A stretch of 64,000 nt of DNA from Balanoglossus misakiensis (Eukaryota; Animalia; Hemichordata): positions 10,717,483 to 10,781,482 of the forward strand of contig CM082582.2 of NCBI GenBank assembly GCA_040954595.2, written 5' to 3'. The notes under the pieces are model-generated. The model was not told the origin of the DNA. It saw only the letters and a program-made list of their open reading frames with translations, and ran no database searches. Below are positions 52,512 through 64,000 of the stretch, in pieces. The position numbers and the translations under genes were made by a program. Within the stretch, counting starts at the first letter, position 1; each line of letters starts with the position of its first letter.

Positions 52512-53762
52512 ATGTGTACATCGCATAATGATATCAATACACAGGTAAAGTCTTTAGTTGCTGCAGGGTATAACTGCATGATAGGCCCGTTGCGTTCACC
52601 AGCTCACGACCACAGTGATGCAGTCAGTTGACGTCCATTACTCTCTAGTCTATGACCTCCCTCTCAATTCCAGTTCCACAATGAGATGAGTTGAATACAG
52701 CACAGGGCAGGCCACTTGTTCTTTCCAAATCGTTCCTAATACTGCCTTCGTACCACATATATACCCATACTAATATTCATACTATACCATGTGATACCAT
52801 AACACACCATAACAAATTCAACAAGGCAGAAACACTGATATTCTAATCTAAAATGATGGTGTATGGGATCACAGTCCCTCTGTGATGGGGAGGAGTCACT
52901 TCAGGAGCATTTAAATGTCTACTTTCTTATGTTCCTGCTCTTGCAGCTATTGGCTCACCACCTTGCGTCAAGACCGAACCTGAATGGACTTTACCCGATG
53001 CTGTTTGGGAACGGCAAACCCTTAAAGCCGGGTGACGTCGTGGAGATATGCGGTGACAGTGGGGCAGGCAAGACAGAACTGCTGTTGCACTGGATCGTGC
53101 AGTGTATACTTCCCGACACGTGGCAGGAATGCGAACTCGGTGGCTTGAATGTCGGCGTGCTGCTGGTCGACAACGACTGCCACTTTTCGGTTCTCCGGTT
53201 GGCCAGCATCCTGGAGAGCCAGATTCGGCAGAGGCTGAGTCTGGGGAGCGAACCCGAAACCGTCGACGCTGGTGATCTGGAAACCCTGATGAAGTCCTGT
53301 CTGCAGAGGCTGTACGTTGAGCGCTGCCAGAACACTGTGGAGTTTCTGCTGAGCGTGGAGATGCTCGAGACGTTGCTTAGCAACAAACCGAACATCAGTG
53401 TCATCATGGTGGACAGTGTCAGTGCCTTCTATTGGCTGGACAAGAATTTCAGCGAGAGCAAACTTAAACATGTGACATGCACATTCCAGAAAGCTGTACA
53501 GGACTACCTACTTGTGGCTTTTGTTACAAACTCTTTAATCAGTCACAGCCAGACAATGAGCGAGGGGGCCATCACCACTAAGAACGTGACCTCTGACCCC
53601 ATCTCCAGGGCCTGGAGGAAGATAGCAACTCATAAATATCTGCTTTCCAGGAAGTCTGCTGCGGAGTTCAACATTTGTTCACTGTTGCCATCTCAAGCTG
53701 CTGCTTCGAGTGTTCTGGAATTCTTTATAACTGATGCAGGAATTGAGTACAAGGATAGTTGA
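52512..53762 (+). CDS. XRCC2: DNA repair protein XRCC2 (RAD51 paralog)
   Basis: Short exon 52512-52544 (MCTSHNDINTQ; an in-frame ATG also lies at 52482) spliced in phase 0 to exon 52947-53762. Contains Walker A GDSGAGKTE, QCILP..GGLNVGVLLVDNDCHF and Walker B VIMVDSVSAFYWLD. Confidence 0.88.
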
Positions 53763-55751
53763 TGATGTCAACACATGACATTACAGTTATAGGGATTCCA
53801 TTACTTCAATTACTTTTTTTCTCCACAAAATTTACCGATTTTTGGTGACTAATATGTGGTTTTGTTGTACAGAGACATGTATGCAGATCCAACCGTATCA
53901 TTCAAGTTGTAGATCCCATTTGGAAGTCTGATTAAAAATTTTGAAAAACAAGTACTAGAACAAGTACTTACACACTTGCACATAAGACGATGACAATCTG
54001 TTATGTTCAAAGAGCTTTATTCAATGAAAGCACGACAATAATATGCTACAAATGATTTTGTGACAATATCACCATCACCTGTAAGGCCACAAAATAGTAA
54101 ATGTATCTACATATATCCTACGACTATCTTAGACAACTTTTCTTGTAAACTATGTTGAAGTGAACTACCGTACATCTATGCCATTTGTAAGTCACCAAAA
54201 CTAACAAGAATATTTTACCCTAAAAAACAGTATGCTGTTAACATAGTCAAAACAAATGTAAATCACAGATGTCAGTTTTGACCAATTGATTGAAGATTTT
54301 CATACATGAAAATGGACACCACTAGATAAGATTAAATTCAGTGAAGTTACCTGTAAGCAGTGTCTTCATTAATGTTGGAGAAATTTGTACAAAAATGGCT
54401 GGTTATTGGGCATTAATGGCAGCAACTGAAAATATTTAACAGAAATTCTTTACATTTGTATTATTCTTAACTAATACTGCAGATGTTTATATGGACTGAA
54501 AAATTGTTAGACACACATCACACTTGGACCCCTCCCCCCCCCCCACCCCACAAATGGACGCCTCCAACTGCATGCCACATTTTGCCCAATAAGTTCAATG
54601 TGTGAATTACTTTAGTATCTAAATAAAAAAATTCAAAATTTGCAAGGTGTTATTTCAGACATGATAAACTCGATTGTAAAAACAGAACAGCCAACATATG
54701 AAATATCGCAGAAAGCAGTGTTGCTTACATGTTCGAGATGGTCACTAACCTTTTTCAACTCTACAGGAACATTTTGAATCATTTTCCTTGTAAAATTGAT
54801 AACGGTTAAACAATGTGCTGCATCAATGTTAACAATGTAAAAATCAAGCAGTAGAAAAACTTTATATCAATGTTATGAGATTACATCCATTCCAGACGGG
54901 TTAGTGTTGTTTCACACATTTTCGTTTATCAATTGTTTTTTTAAATCAAGGGAATCAAGAGAATCTAATTCAAGTTCACTGGATTAATTCATTAATTAAA
55001 ACACCCCCCCCCCCAAAAAAAAAAAATCATCAACAAAACCCACTAGTGTAAAACTAAGTTGCAGCATAACATACTTGCTCATATGTGCTTTTGTGCGAGA
55101 CATTTAATACAAAATATGTCATACAACTAACAGGGAATTCAAAGTTGCAGCAATTTTTCGACGCAAGGCCGTGAAGTCGACCTGCAAGAAAGTGATTGTA
55201 TCGCTGCTTCAATGAGCAATTATGCTTACACTATGCATGTCGTCTTAAAAACCATTCCCAAACTATGTTTGCAGCGTCACCAACACGAGATCCAGACGGG
55301 AATCTGATCAACAAGACTGGCAATCCACGATCTTTTCAAAACATGCTCCATTCAGTTACATACAAGGTGGGAAAATATCTACTGCCCCACCTACATGAAT
55401 TGCCATTTTCTGAGGGTGAACAGAACAGGGGCACCAGCAAACATTGCCACTAAAACTAAAATAAAAGCCATGTTGTGTAATCACGGAGATAATTAATCCC
55501 ACACTGAAGAACTCAAGTAAAAAATGTTCCAAGGCCGAGATATCAAGACGTCCAATCATAACGTCATTTCTTCAAATACAACTAAAGCTACGAAGACCTC
55601 TTGATATTTAGAAACTTAGACACACTGAGTCTTGGATGAGAGATGATTCACTTGCTGTCTTTCCCATATTACTGAAGAAAATATCTGTAGCGCTCCCCTG
55701 GCTGGGAAATAACACCAAGCGGTGCAATCTATAGTTGAAGAATACACTTCA

Positions 55752-57266
55752 CTATTGGTGGTGCAGGGAAAGTCTAAACATATCATTAGTGATGACCAGG
55801 GAGTTATTGAAACTCTTCAAGTAGAAACACTGGCTAAACGCGTGAGGAACATCATCGTCCGTCTGTGGGGAGAAAATGAAAAGAAACTTTTTAGCAAGGA
55901 TCGCTGTTCAAGGCAAACCATAGTGATATAAATGTTTTGCTGACAAAAAGCACAAACCAACTCACATTATGTTTCCAAGCAGACAGTAATAAAAGCAATG
56001 ATCTATTACCACTATTTTGGTCACAAGGTCATTAACAAGACGCATATATAAGCATATATGGGTATGACACCTACCTTCAGCTGACCTACAACAAAGACAA
56101 TGACACCTTGGCCGTCTAGCGTCGGCTGAGCATCGAATGTCGAGATTACATGTTGAATCTTTTGAAAGGGTAAAGCCTGTAAATAAAACAAAACAAAATG
56201 TAGTAAACTGTTGTTTTGCTGTTACAATTTCACATGCACATTCCTTACCTGAAATTGGCAAGTGGAAATTCGACAAGGTGAAAATTAATCCTCATCGTAA
56301 CAGTTGCCTCTTTTGATATCGCGAAAATTTCCTGTCGCAAAAATAACCCGTTTTACAGTACTTTCTATGATACCAGCTGCTTACTACTATTACTTACAGA
56401 AAGTTTTTTCATGATTTCTTCTGGACCTTGGAGTTGAGTGCCTTCAAAGGTCATTAACGCCGTTGAAGCCTAGAAGAGAAAATAAAACAATAGTCATTAT
56501 CAATGACATGGTCCCAGGTAGATCTTTAGGGAGTACTGGTGAAGTTTCAATCACATTATCTGTAACCCTGCAAGGAAGTCCTTGTCCAAAATAAATATCA
56601 CTAGAGTAGAAAAGACAGCATGGTTTGGTTGTTCATGCTGTTTTAACACTCTAGAGTCTATTACATGTATTTAAAAACAAGGAAACTGAAATGAGTTTCA
56701 CTAAGTTTTCTGATGACCTTTCACCCCACTTCTGTGTCTATTTCCTTTGGGAGTCATCCATTGCAATTTTGTTCGTATTAACACTAAACTTGTTTGTTTT
56801 TTGTGCATGTGAAGTGCACCAAAAACACCGTCAGTCTTGTGTCCTACCAAATGCGAGAAACCTTGGCTTGCATTTATGTGTTATTGCGCAAGAGCATGAT
56901 TCCTTGTGAGGTGTGTGTGGTACGGTACACTATGTGCCCATCTTCAAGTGGGGGTTGCAGTAAATGGGACTGGTTAACCGTTTGCGCAACTTTTGCCTGT
57001 CAAGTGACCATACTCTTCAAAGCTACGTTCGTCAGATGACTGTGGCTTGACAAGCGTGCCAAAAGCTGCCAGATGATTGCATGTTATATACATATGATGC
57101 AAGGAACATGGATGGGAGTCTTCTGCGAGTGTGAGATTGAAGGATGACCAATGGCAAATGTACTTACATAAAGAGGTGCCAGCTCGGCTCGATTCGTATC
57201 GAAGACCTTATAATAGTGACGAACAAACGCCTCTCCTATTTCTTTGAAATGTGTCATTGGGTTCAT
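55752..57266 (-). CDS. NUTF2: Nuclear transport factor 2
   Basis: Four exons (~57266-57168, 56470-56398, 56177-56075, 55862-55752) give FKEIGEAFVRHYYKVFDTNRAELAPLY, LMTFEGTQLQG, LPFQKIQHVIST.DAQPT, VFVVGQLKTDDD..HAFSQ.F.LK and NDMFRLSLH. Confidence 0.94.
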
Positions 57267-57729
57267 GGCGAATAACAACTTGATACCGTGTAATATTCTA
57301 CGATATAGATGGTTATCCTTGCACCAACCCGTAAGAGTCTCGAAATTTAGTATGGCGGACGCGAGTCTCGCGAGAATAACTACTTAGCATTACTAAGAAA
57401 AATATCCAAATTTAGAATTTTAAAACTTTGAGAAAAATTAATCTTTTGTCTGGTATTTGTCGGATTTGTAAAGAAACACATATGTAATCTATACTGAAAT
57501 ACAGTGATTAGTGTTGTTGGATATATGTCGGATACAAAAGCAAGTAGACAGTATGTGAATTTGTGCTGTGAAAATCCACAGGAACATAAAGGGCTTTCAA
57601 ACTGTGTGGCGCCATTTTGAAATGCGAGTGCTAAGCTACAAGGCGTACGCTAAGCTAACGAACCATTGAGTAGAAATCAAAACACGAAAGAAACAAATTC
57701 GTCACGGATCTGTCAAATGTGTTGATCAT
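57267..57729. promoter_or_regulatory. Bidirectional promoter, NUTF2 / CENPT
   Basis: Divergent genes; TCTCGCGAGA palindrome at 57366-57375; TGGCGCCATTTTGAA (CDE/CHR-like and YY1-like) at ~57607-57621; probable CENPT 5'UTR exon donor GTAAGT at 57730. Confidence 0.6.
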
Positions 57730-57939
57730 GTAAGTTTACCGTCATTCACAGTCTGTTTTATATTCCAGGTAGGGACGGGGCTTACGACAATCCCGTGCCC
57801 TCAATGTAAACAACTTTCACAAGTCAACCTCCCCCCCCCCCCCCCCCACACACACAGCCCTACCATTGTCAATCAATGTGTTTGAATACACTCTGCCAGT
57901 TTCACCAACTTCCAAGTGTTTCTCTTTCAGACTCTTAGA

Positions 57940-60900
57940 ATGTATGGAGCAAGTGATGAATCAGAAGAGACACCGAGAACATTAGTGAGTCTCACAAAAT
58001 ATTCAATGCATTTCATAACTTTATTTATTATTGGTATACACACACACTGGTTATGTTTATTTCATATGTCAGTACATTCAGTTTGTTGGCGTTATTGATT
58101 TTTTTCTAGTCAAAAGATGATCTACACGTCTGTAACTTTGTTTCCATCTGTTGGTCAGATCAGACAGTTCTTGAAGAATGCCAAAACTGCCAAGTTGTCA
58201 GCTAAGAAACAGAGCAGGATAGCCAGCGATAATGCTGGCCCTGTGCTGAGAAGCTCGGCTAAAAAGTCAGCTTCAAAGATTTCGGCTCAGAAGCAGGTTG
58301 CAGCCCGAGCACTCACCAGGAGCAGCAGAAAGAGGGCGCCACCTCCTTTGTTTGCGGAGGATGTTGCCGGGGAAACGCCAAGGACACTCCTCAGGGGGTT
58401 TATACAACATGGTGAGTAAATTCTGTATGGCTGTCATTGACTGCGGCATCTCGTATTTATGCACTGAAACACCTGAATGGGCAATGACCACCTGGCTGTT
58501 TATTGTTGTCACCAAAGTGCGCCCATGACACCTCCACCCACATTCAACCAACCAAATAAATAACGCAACATTTGTTTGTGTGACTAGCACCCATCAGAAC
58601 TCCTGCTGTACACATTCCAAAGAAGAAGACTGTCACCGCGGAGCTGCCTAGTCTGCAGGTCACTGATACAGTACTCACCAGAAAGAGAACCAGGTGAGGG
58701 AGTTGTGATGTAAATTAACAAGTTAGGTTGTTGTGTGAAAAAGTCAAATGGTGTTCGTTGACCACATTAACATATGCAGACACTTAGCAAAAAAACAAAA
58801 CAGTGGTACATTTTTGCACTCATACAACCGTACATCTTCACAGGGCGTCTAGTGAAGGCAACATCCATGACGACATCAGTGATTCCTTCGAAACGAAGAA
58901 GACGCCAACATTCAAGAGGCGGAGAGAACAAAGAATGTCTGTCGGGACCTTCGGCAGAGGCGTTCAGGCAATATTGAAAGAGAGTGAAGCAGACGATGAA
59001 GACAGCCAAGCAGAACCAACTGTGCGTGAAACCAGGGTTGAAGATTCTACTGACCAAACTGGAAGGTGTGTTGTAATGATGGATTAACGGTGATTGTCAG
59101 ACTGAGGTCATGTTCAGTAAAATTTCAAAGTATTTTCTAAGGCAACATCTGCATCTGTACTGGTAGAATACTGGAAAGTTTGAGTTACAAAGGCCACCCA
59201 TTATTATCCTGTGTTTGTCTCCCTCTTCCTCTCCCCGAAACAGGATGCCTACCATCAGTGAAGCAGACTTATCCATCGACTTGGGAAGAGTTCCGAATTT
59301 CAAACGGAGGGCACAACAGAGGCTGTCATTGGGGACTTTTGGTCGGGGTGTCAAAGAAAGAATGGTTGAAGATTACGGCAGTGAGAACATCACCAGTCAG
59401 AACGAATCCAGCATTGAGGCTCCCGAAGATCAGGGTGAAATTGGACAACCTCAAATGTAGGTCAAGTGTACAGTCCCTATTACTTTGACAAACTCAAGGC
59501 AAGTCCTGGAATTTCGGATAACTTTGGAACCAGCTACAAGAATGTGTGTACATGTATAGATTTTTTTTAACATAAAATATTTCTTCATATGCACCACAGG
59601 GAATCAACACAAGATGAACTTGATGCAGAAAATGAATTGGCTGAAATGGGCGAAGATCCTACAATTGAACAGCAAACAGAACAACAAGGAGCTGTTGAAA
59701 AGGTGTTCGTCAAAGAAACCCAAGATTTGACTGATGACATCACTGACGATGATGTTGACCATGCTGAGTCCAATTTAGCAATTCCTGACAGTTTAGAAAG
59801 TGAAGAATCCGTGGAATTCAGGTTAACATTCAACTTCTTGTTTTTGCAGTTTATAATTTATGAATAATAGTTCTTGTACATATTTTATTTTACATTCAGT
59901 AACTTTTGCAGTTGGCAGAAATACTTATGGTATCTAGTTTTGCCTTGCAGATAAACCCAGTTCTAAGCATATAATCACTGGTGGATGTCTGCATTGATGA
60001 TAGCAACTGTTATGTTCTAAAAGAACAAACTCAAATCTTGTGTGATTTGTTTTTTCCCCAGGGAATCTAACAGAGCTGACATGGGTGAAACCATTGACCA
60101 GGCTGATGGCAGTAGAGTTGCAGCTGCCACACCAGAGAAGGAACAAACTGTTGATTCAGTGGCAGCAGAGAGGGGCTTAGGAGGTCATCCGGCTTTGGAA
60201 CTGGAAGAAGATGGTCAGGTCGATGAGCATGTCAGCGATGATGAAGATGCTGAAGAGTATAAAGAAGATGACGACCATGTTCCTGGTTCATCGGCTGACG
60301 AGCTGGATGACTTTGATGTTGATGTTTCTAATGAGGAAGCTGGCCAGGCTTCAACAAGTGGTCAAGTTCAAGCTCCCCAGCCTGCCAGGTAAAACTGTAT
60401 TGCATTTATGTCTTTTTCAACCAACCCATTTTTGCTACTAACCACACAATACCAAACAAGAAATAAAAAAATATCATGTGAATTTGATGTTATTATATCT
60501 GCACTTCTGACATGTTTTTATTTGTTTGATGCGCAGACCACCAGTCAGAAGAAGAGCACGAAAACCACCGGCGATGAAGACCACGTTGTCCATGAGCCTG
60601 ACCAAGAACATATTTACATTTTACTCCAAAGCCAAGGTCAACCCACAGGCTATGCAGTCTGTCTATGCTGGGTAAGTATCAATGTTGAACTCTGGTGAGG
60701 AAAGGTGTAGGAGTACAGTACTTTGAAAAGAGAAGTACACTAAATTATTTTACATTGTTGAATTTGACCCGAATTTGTTGGCTCATTTGAGCAAGCCATT
60801 AAACTTTTTTTTCTGTTTTGTTTCAGCTCTGAAAAATTTTTGCAGATGAGTTTTCAGTATTTACAGTTGTATACCAGGCATGCAAACAGAAAAACTGTGT

Positions 60901-61201
60901 CACAAGAGGACGTTGAGCTTCTCATGAAAAGGTTTGTCAGTTTATATGGGTTTGGACGCTCCTGGGAGAAATCCTGGCATAAACCACTCCTGTGAAATGT
61001 GTGTGTTTCAGGTTTGCATTCTGGTATAATTCTTTCATCCATCTCTTCTTCTCTGTTCTTTTTTCTCTCCCTAGACAAAGATTTATTACGGACAAGCAAT
61101 CTCTCAACGCTCTAATAGAGAAGAACTTACCACTGGAATACAGGCAAAGGTTGGTTCCCATTGCCAGATCTGGGAACAAAGTGGAACCCAAGCTAAAGTA
61201 A
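57940..61201 (+). CDS. CENPT: Centromere protein T (long disordered acidic N-terminal tail, C-terminal histone fold)
   Basis: Two N-terminal TPRTL motifs (EETPRTLIRQFL, GETPRTLLRGFI), an acidic low-complexity middle, and C-terminal YTRHANRKTVSQEDVELLMKRQRFITDKQSLNALIEKNLPLEYRQRLVPIARSGNKVEP, typical of the CENP-T histone fold. Confidence 0.88.
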
Positions 61202-61914
61202 CTAACAACGCAGAACAAGAATCGCGTCTTAGAGGGGAAGATTATGTTCACTGCCAGAAAGTACAATGTACTGCTATATTGTATATTGACCATACCCTCT
61301 TATTTTACTTCACATTATTAGTAGTTTCTTAGGAGAATAATAAAATCAATAAGTGTAAATACATTTTATTTTTTTCACACAGAAATAAAACTTTCCAACA
61401 CACTCGTAACAGACTATGTGTACTGGTATTTTCTCATTTCTCCCCTAAATTTTCAGACTGGTGTGGCCTGCACAATTTTACTTAAAGCTTCACCACGTTG
61501 TCGAGAAATTTCAGCCATGATTTGTTAGTCAAAAGTTACTACAGGAGGAAACATATCCCTATATGATATTTCAGTTGATAGCAAATATGCTAAGTTCATT
61601 GGAAGCATCACACTTGAACTGTTTTTCTAAACAAAGTTGGAGAACCCCCCATTCCAACCTGCTCTCTGTAAAAGCACGCCCTCAGTGGTAGAAGCTCCTT
61701 GGCTGCACGAATGTGGCCCTTACAGACACTTGGTCCTGTACATTTATTGTTCGGTGAAAAGAACTGGGCTGATTACATTCCTATCAGCTGCATGGTCCAC
61801 TGTTTCAGTAGCTAACTAGACGTGGCACTCTCAGTAGCCTAACTAAACACAGTAAGCTTAGCATGGCGCAAAATTCCACATCAATGGCAGCGTATCCTTG
61901 CCTGCCTCTCCATG

Positions 61915-63885
61915 TTAACTTTCCTTGTCTTTGATGACATTGTCGGCTCCAACGGCCTCTGATATGGAGGTGAAACCATCTTTCCTGAAATTGAAGAAGA
62001 GTGTAATCAATTACATGTGTTTAACATTTTCACCCCCGTTTCCCCCTGTAGAAGCCCAACTACACCATATCACATACTACCAGCAGTGCCACACATGGCC
62101 CCTGAATTGATTCTTACCTGAGCAATTCTGTCAATTCTTTTTTGATTTTTCTGACAACTGGAGGTCCATCAAAAGCGAGGGCAGTATAAAGTTGCACAAG
62201 CGAAGCACCAGATCTGATCTTATCATAGGCATCTGCTCCGTTTTGAACTCCTCCAACTCCAATGATGGGAATCTGACCCTTTGTTAGTTGATACATATCC
62301 TTCAATGCAGTGGTTGCCAAGTCTTTAAGTGGTGGACCACTCAAACCTCCAGTTTCAGTCTTTTCTGAACTTTGTAGACTTTCTGGTCTGCTGATTGTTG
62401 TATTGCTGATTATCAAACCATCAACTTTACACTGAAACGGGAAATGGTATGTGATGCATCAAATTAAATACAGTTTCATGATCTTGCTAACTGCTGCTAG
62501 GGGAACTGCAAGAAAGCCAGAGATTCACACTGATGTTGAACGTTCACCTTTTCCCTTGATATGACCTCTGCAATGTCTTCCTTATCTTTGTAGGTCAGGT
62601 CAGGTGCAATTTTCACCAACAGTGCAGGTTTTGGAGTTTTGGCGAGAGAATCTCGAGCCTTCAGTACCTGTTGAAGTAGAATTTGTCAAAATTAGTTCCA
62701 AACCGTAGGTAGATAAACACGACACAGTTTCATTGAGAACTGTATATAGTCAGGTGGACAAGGTTGAACTGAAGTTAGTGTACCTTTTCTAAGAGTTCTT
62801 GAAGTTGTTCTTTGCCTTGCATCGCCCGGAGTCCCGGAGTGTTGGGACTCGAAACATTGATGACGATGTAGTCCGAAAGAGCTCCTAGTTTTTGCACACC
62901 TTTCACGTAATCTGTCACTGCATCAGAGGAGGTCTTGTTTTTCCCCAAGTTTATTCCAAGTAAGCCCTTCTTTCCTGTAAAAGTGAGAAAGTATTCTGAT
63001 GGCCCCGAGATTCCAATGTACTTTGACAAACTGGGGAGTATCATCCCTTCCATACAAGCTCTGTCATGATGACCAAACATTAATTTGGTAGAACAGCAAG
63101 TAGAGCCCACATACCTTTTTTGCTGTTCCGCCATGTGTCAAGTTTTCGGTGGACAACTTCATGACCTTCACTGTTAAAACCATACCTGTGTCAGATGGTG
63201 TAATATGTATTCCATGGTTACCATTACCATTGCACAAGTATGCACAGAATGACTGAATCATAACATTAGGAAACAAATCACCATGCACAAGAGATAAGCC
63301 CATCGCATTATCATGACACAGTAACCTACCTGTTAATGATGGCCCTGTCCTTGTCTAATCTGAAGACCCTCGGCTTGGGATTTCCAGGCTGTGGTTCCGG
63401 CGTCACGCTTCCCACTTCCACAAACCCAAACCCTATTTTCAGCAATCCGTTCATGGCATCGGCGTGCTTGTCGAAACCTGCTGCCACACCCACAGGGTTA
63501 CTGAACTCTCTCCCCAATACTGTTGTTTTCTGGAGATAAAATGCACATTGATAAGGAGTCCAGTTACTCATGGAAATTTACCCCCCCCCCCTCTCAACTT
63601 ACCCTAAAGATAAACAAGAATGCAATTTTAATGCCAGCCTTATGGCTGCTAGTGAAATATAAATTAGAATCTTACTAGTGAAGGTGGATCAATGTACTTG
63701 TTCCTTGGCACCAGTCCCCACGATGCCAACCTGACACCAAGTTCATGGGATTTCTCAGCGGAGACCAACCTCATCCCTGGCATCAACATCTCATGGTAAA
63801 AACGCTCATTTCCAGCGTATGTGCAAAGTCCACTGAAGAACACAAAACCACCACTCACGATAATGGCTGCTGACTTTATCCTACC
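61915..63885 (-). CDS. DHODH: Dihydroorotate dehydrogenase (quinone), mitochondrial; first exon lies beyond the window
   Basis: Exons encode [102 protein letters not shown] and EAVGAD. Stop at 61915. Confidence 0.96.
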
Positions 63886-64000
63886 CTATTAAATTGAAAA
63901 AAGGGTTTATGCATTTATTGCGTGTGTAAGGTCATTGAGCGATCATTCACATCACAAACAGAGGCTATATATATAGTACAGTACACTGCACTTATTACTA

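Noticed and set aside
1096-63590. Scattered poly-C/poly-G tracts (e.g. 1096, 9203, 51942, 54530, 55003, 57830, 63581)
   Set aside because: Common simple repeats with no consistent positional pattern; G-quadruplex function is unsupported.
1-64000. CRISPR array, rRNA, intact tRNA/snRNA, U12-type introns, selenocysteine or readthrough signals
   Set aside because: None observed. The introns I checked were canonical GT-AG, and the reconstructed exons had no in-frame TGA.

Overview
This is an AT-rich, intron-containing animal genomic window with GT-AG introns. Gene content and intron style suggest an invertebrate deuterostome such as a hemichordate or echinoderm (inference). I reconstructed 11 protein-coding genes by hand from splice sites. 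In order: a LAT1/LAT2-type SLC7 amino-acid transporter (-, 3' end not found in window), a two-exon membrane-anchored type-B carboxylesterase (-), rhophilin (-), RAB5IF/C20orf24 (+), a peroxisomal sarcosine-oxidase-like flavoenzyme (-), PIGU (+), HACL1 (-), XRCC2 (+), NUTF2 (-), CENP-T (+) and DHODH (-, first exon off-window). From 25 kb onward the genes alternate strictly in strand and form four head-to-head pairs. The most notable observations are: (i) a dense cluster of ATF4-C/EBP amino-acid-response elements and CACGTG E-boxes in SLC7 introns 1-2; (ii) a tandemly duplicated, apparently selection-maintained first coding exon with its promoter motif in the sarcosine-oxidase-like gene; (iii) a head-to-head NUTF2/CENPT pair matching the human arrangement; (iv) a duplicated motif in the CENP-T tail. 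No prokaryotic-type system, CRISPR array, rRNA or intact tRNA was seen. All identifications come from reading the sequence; no database search was run.
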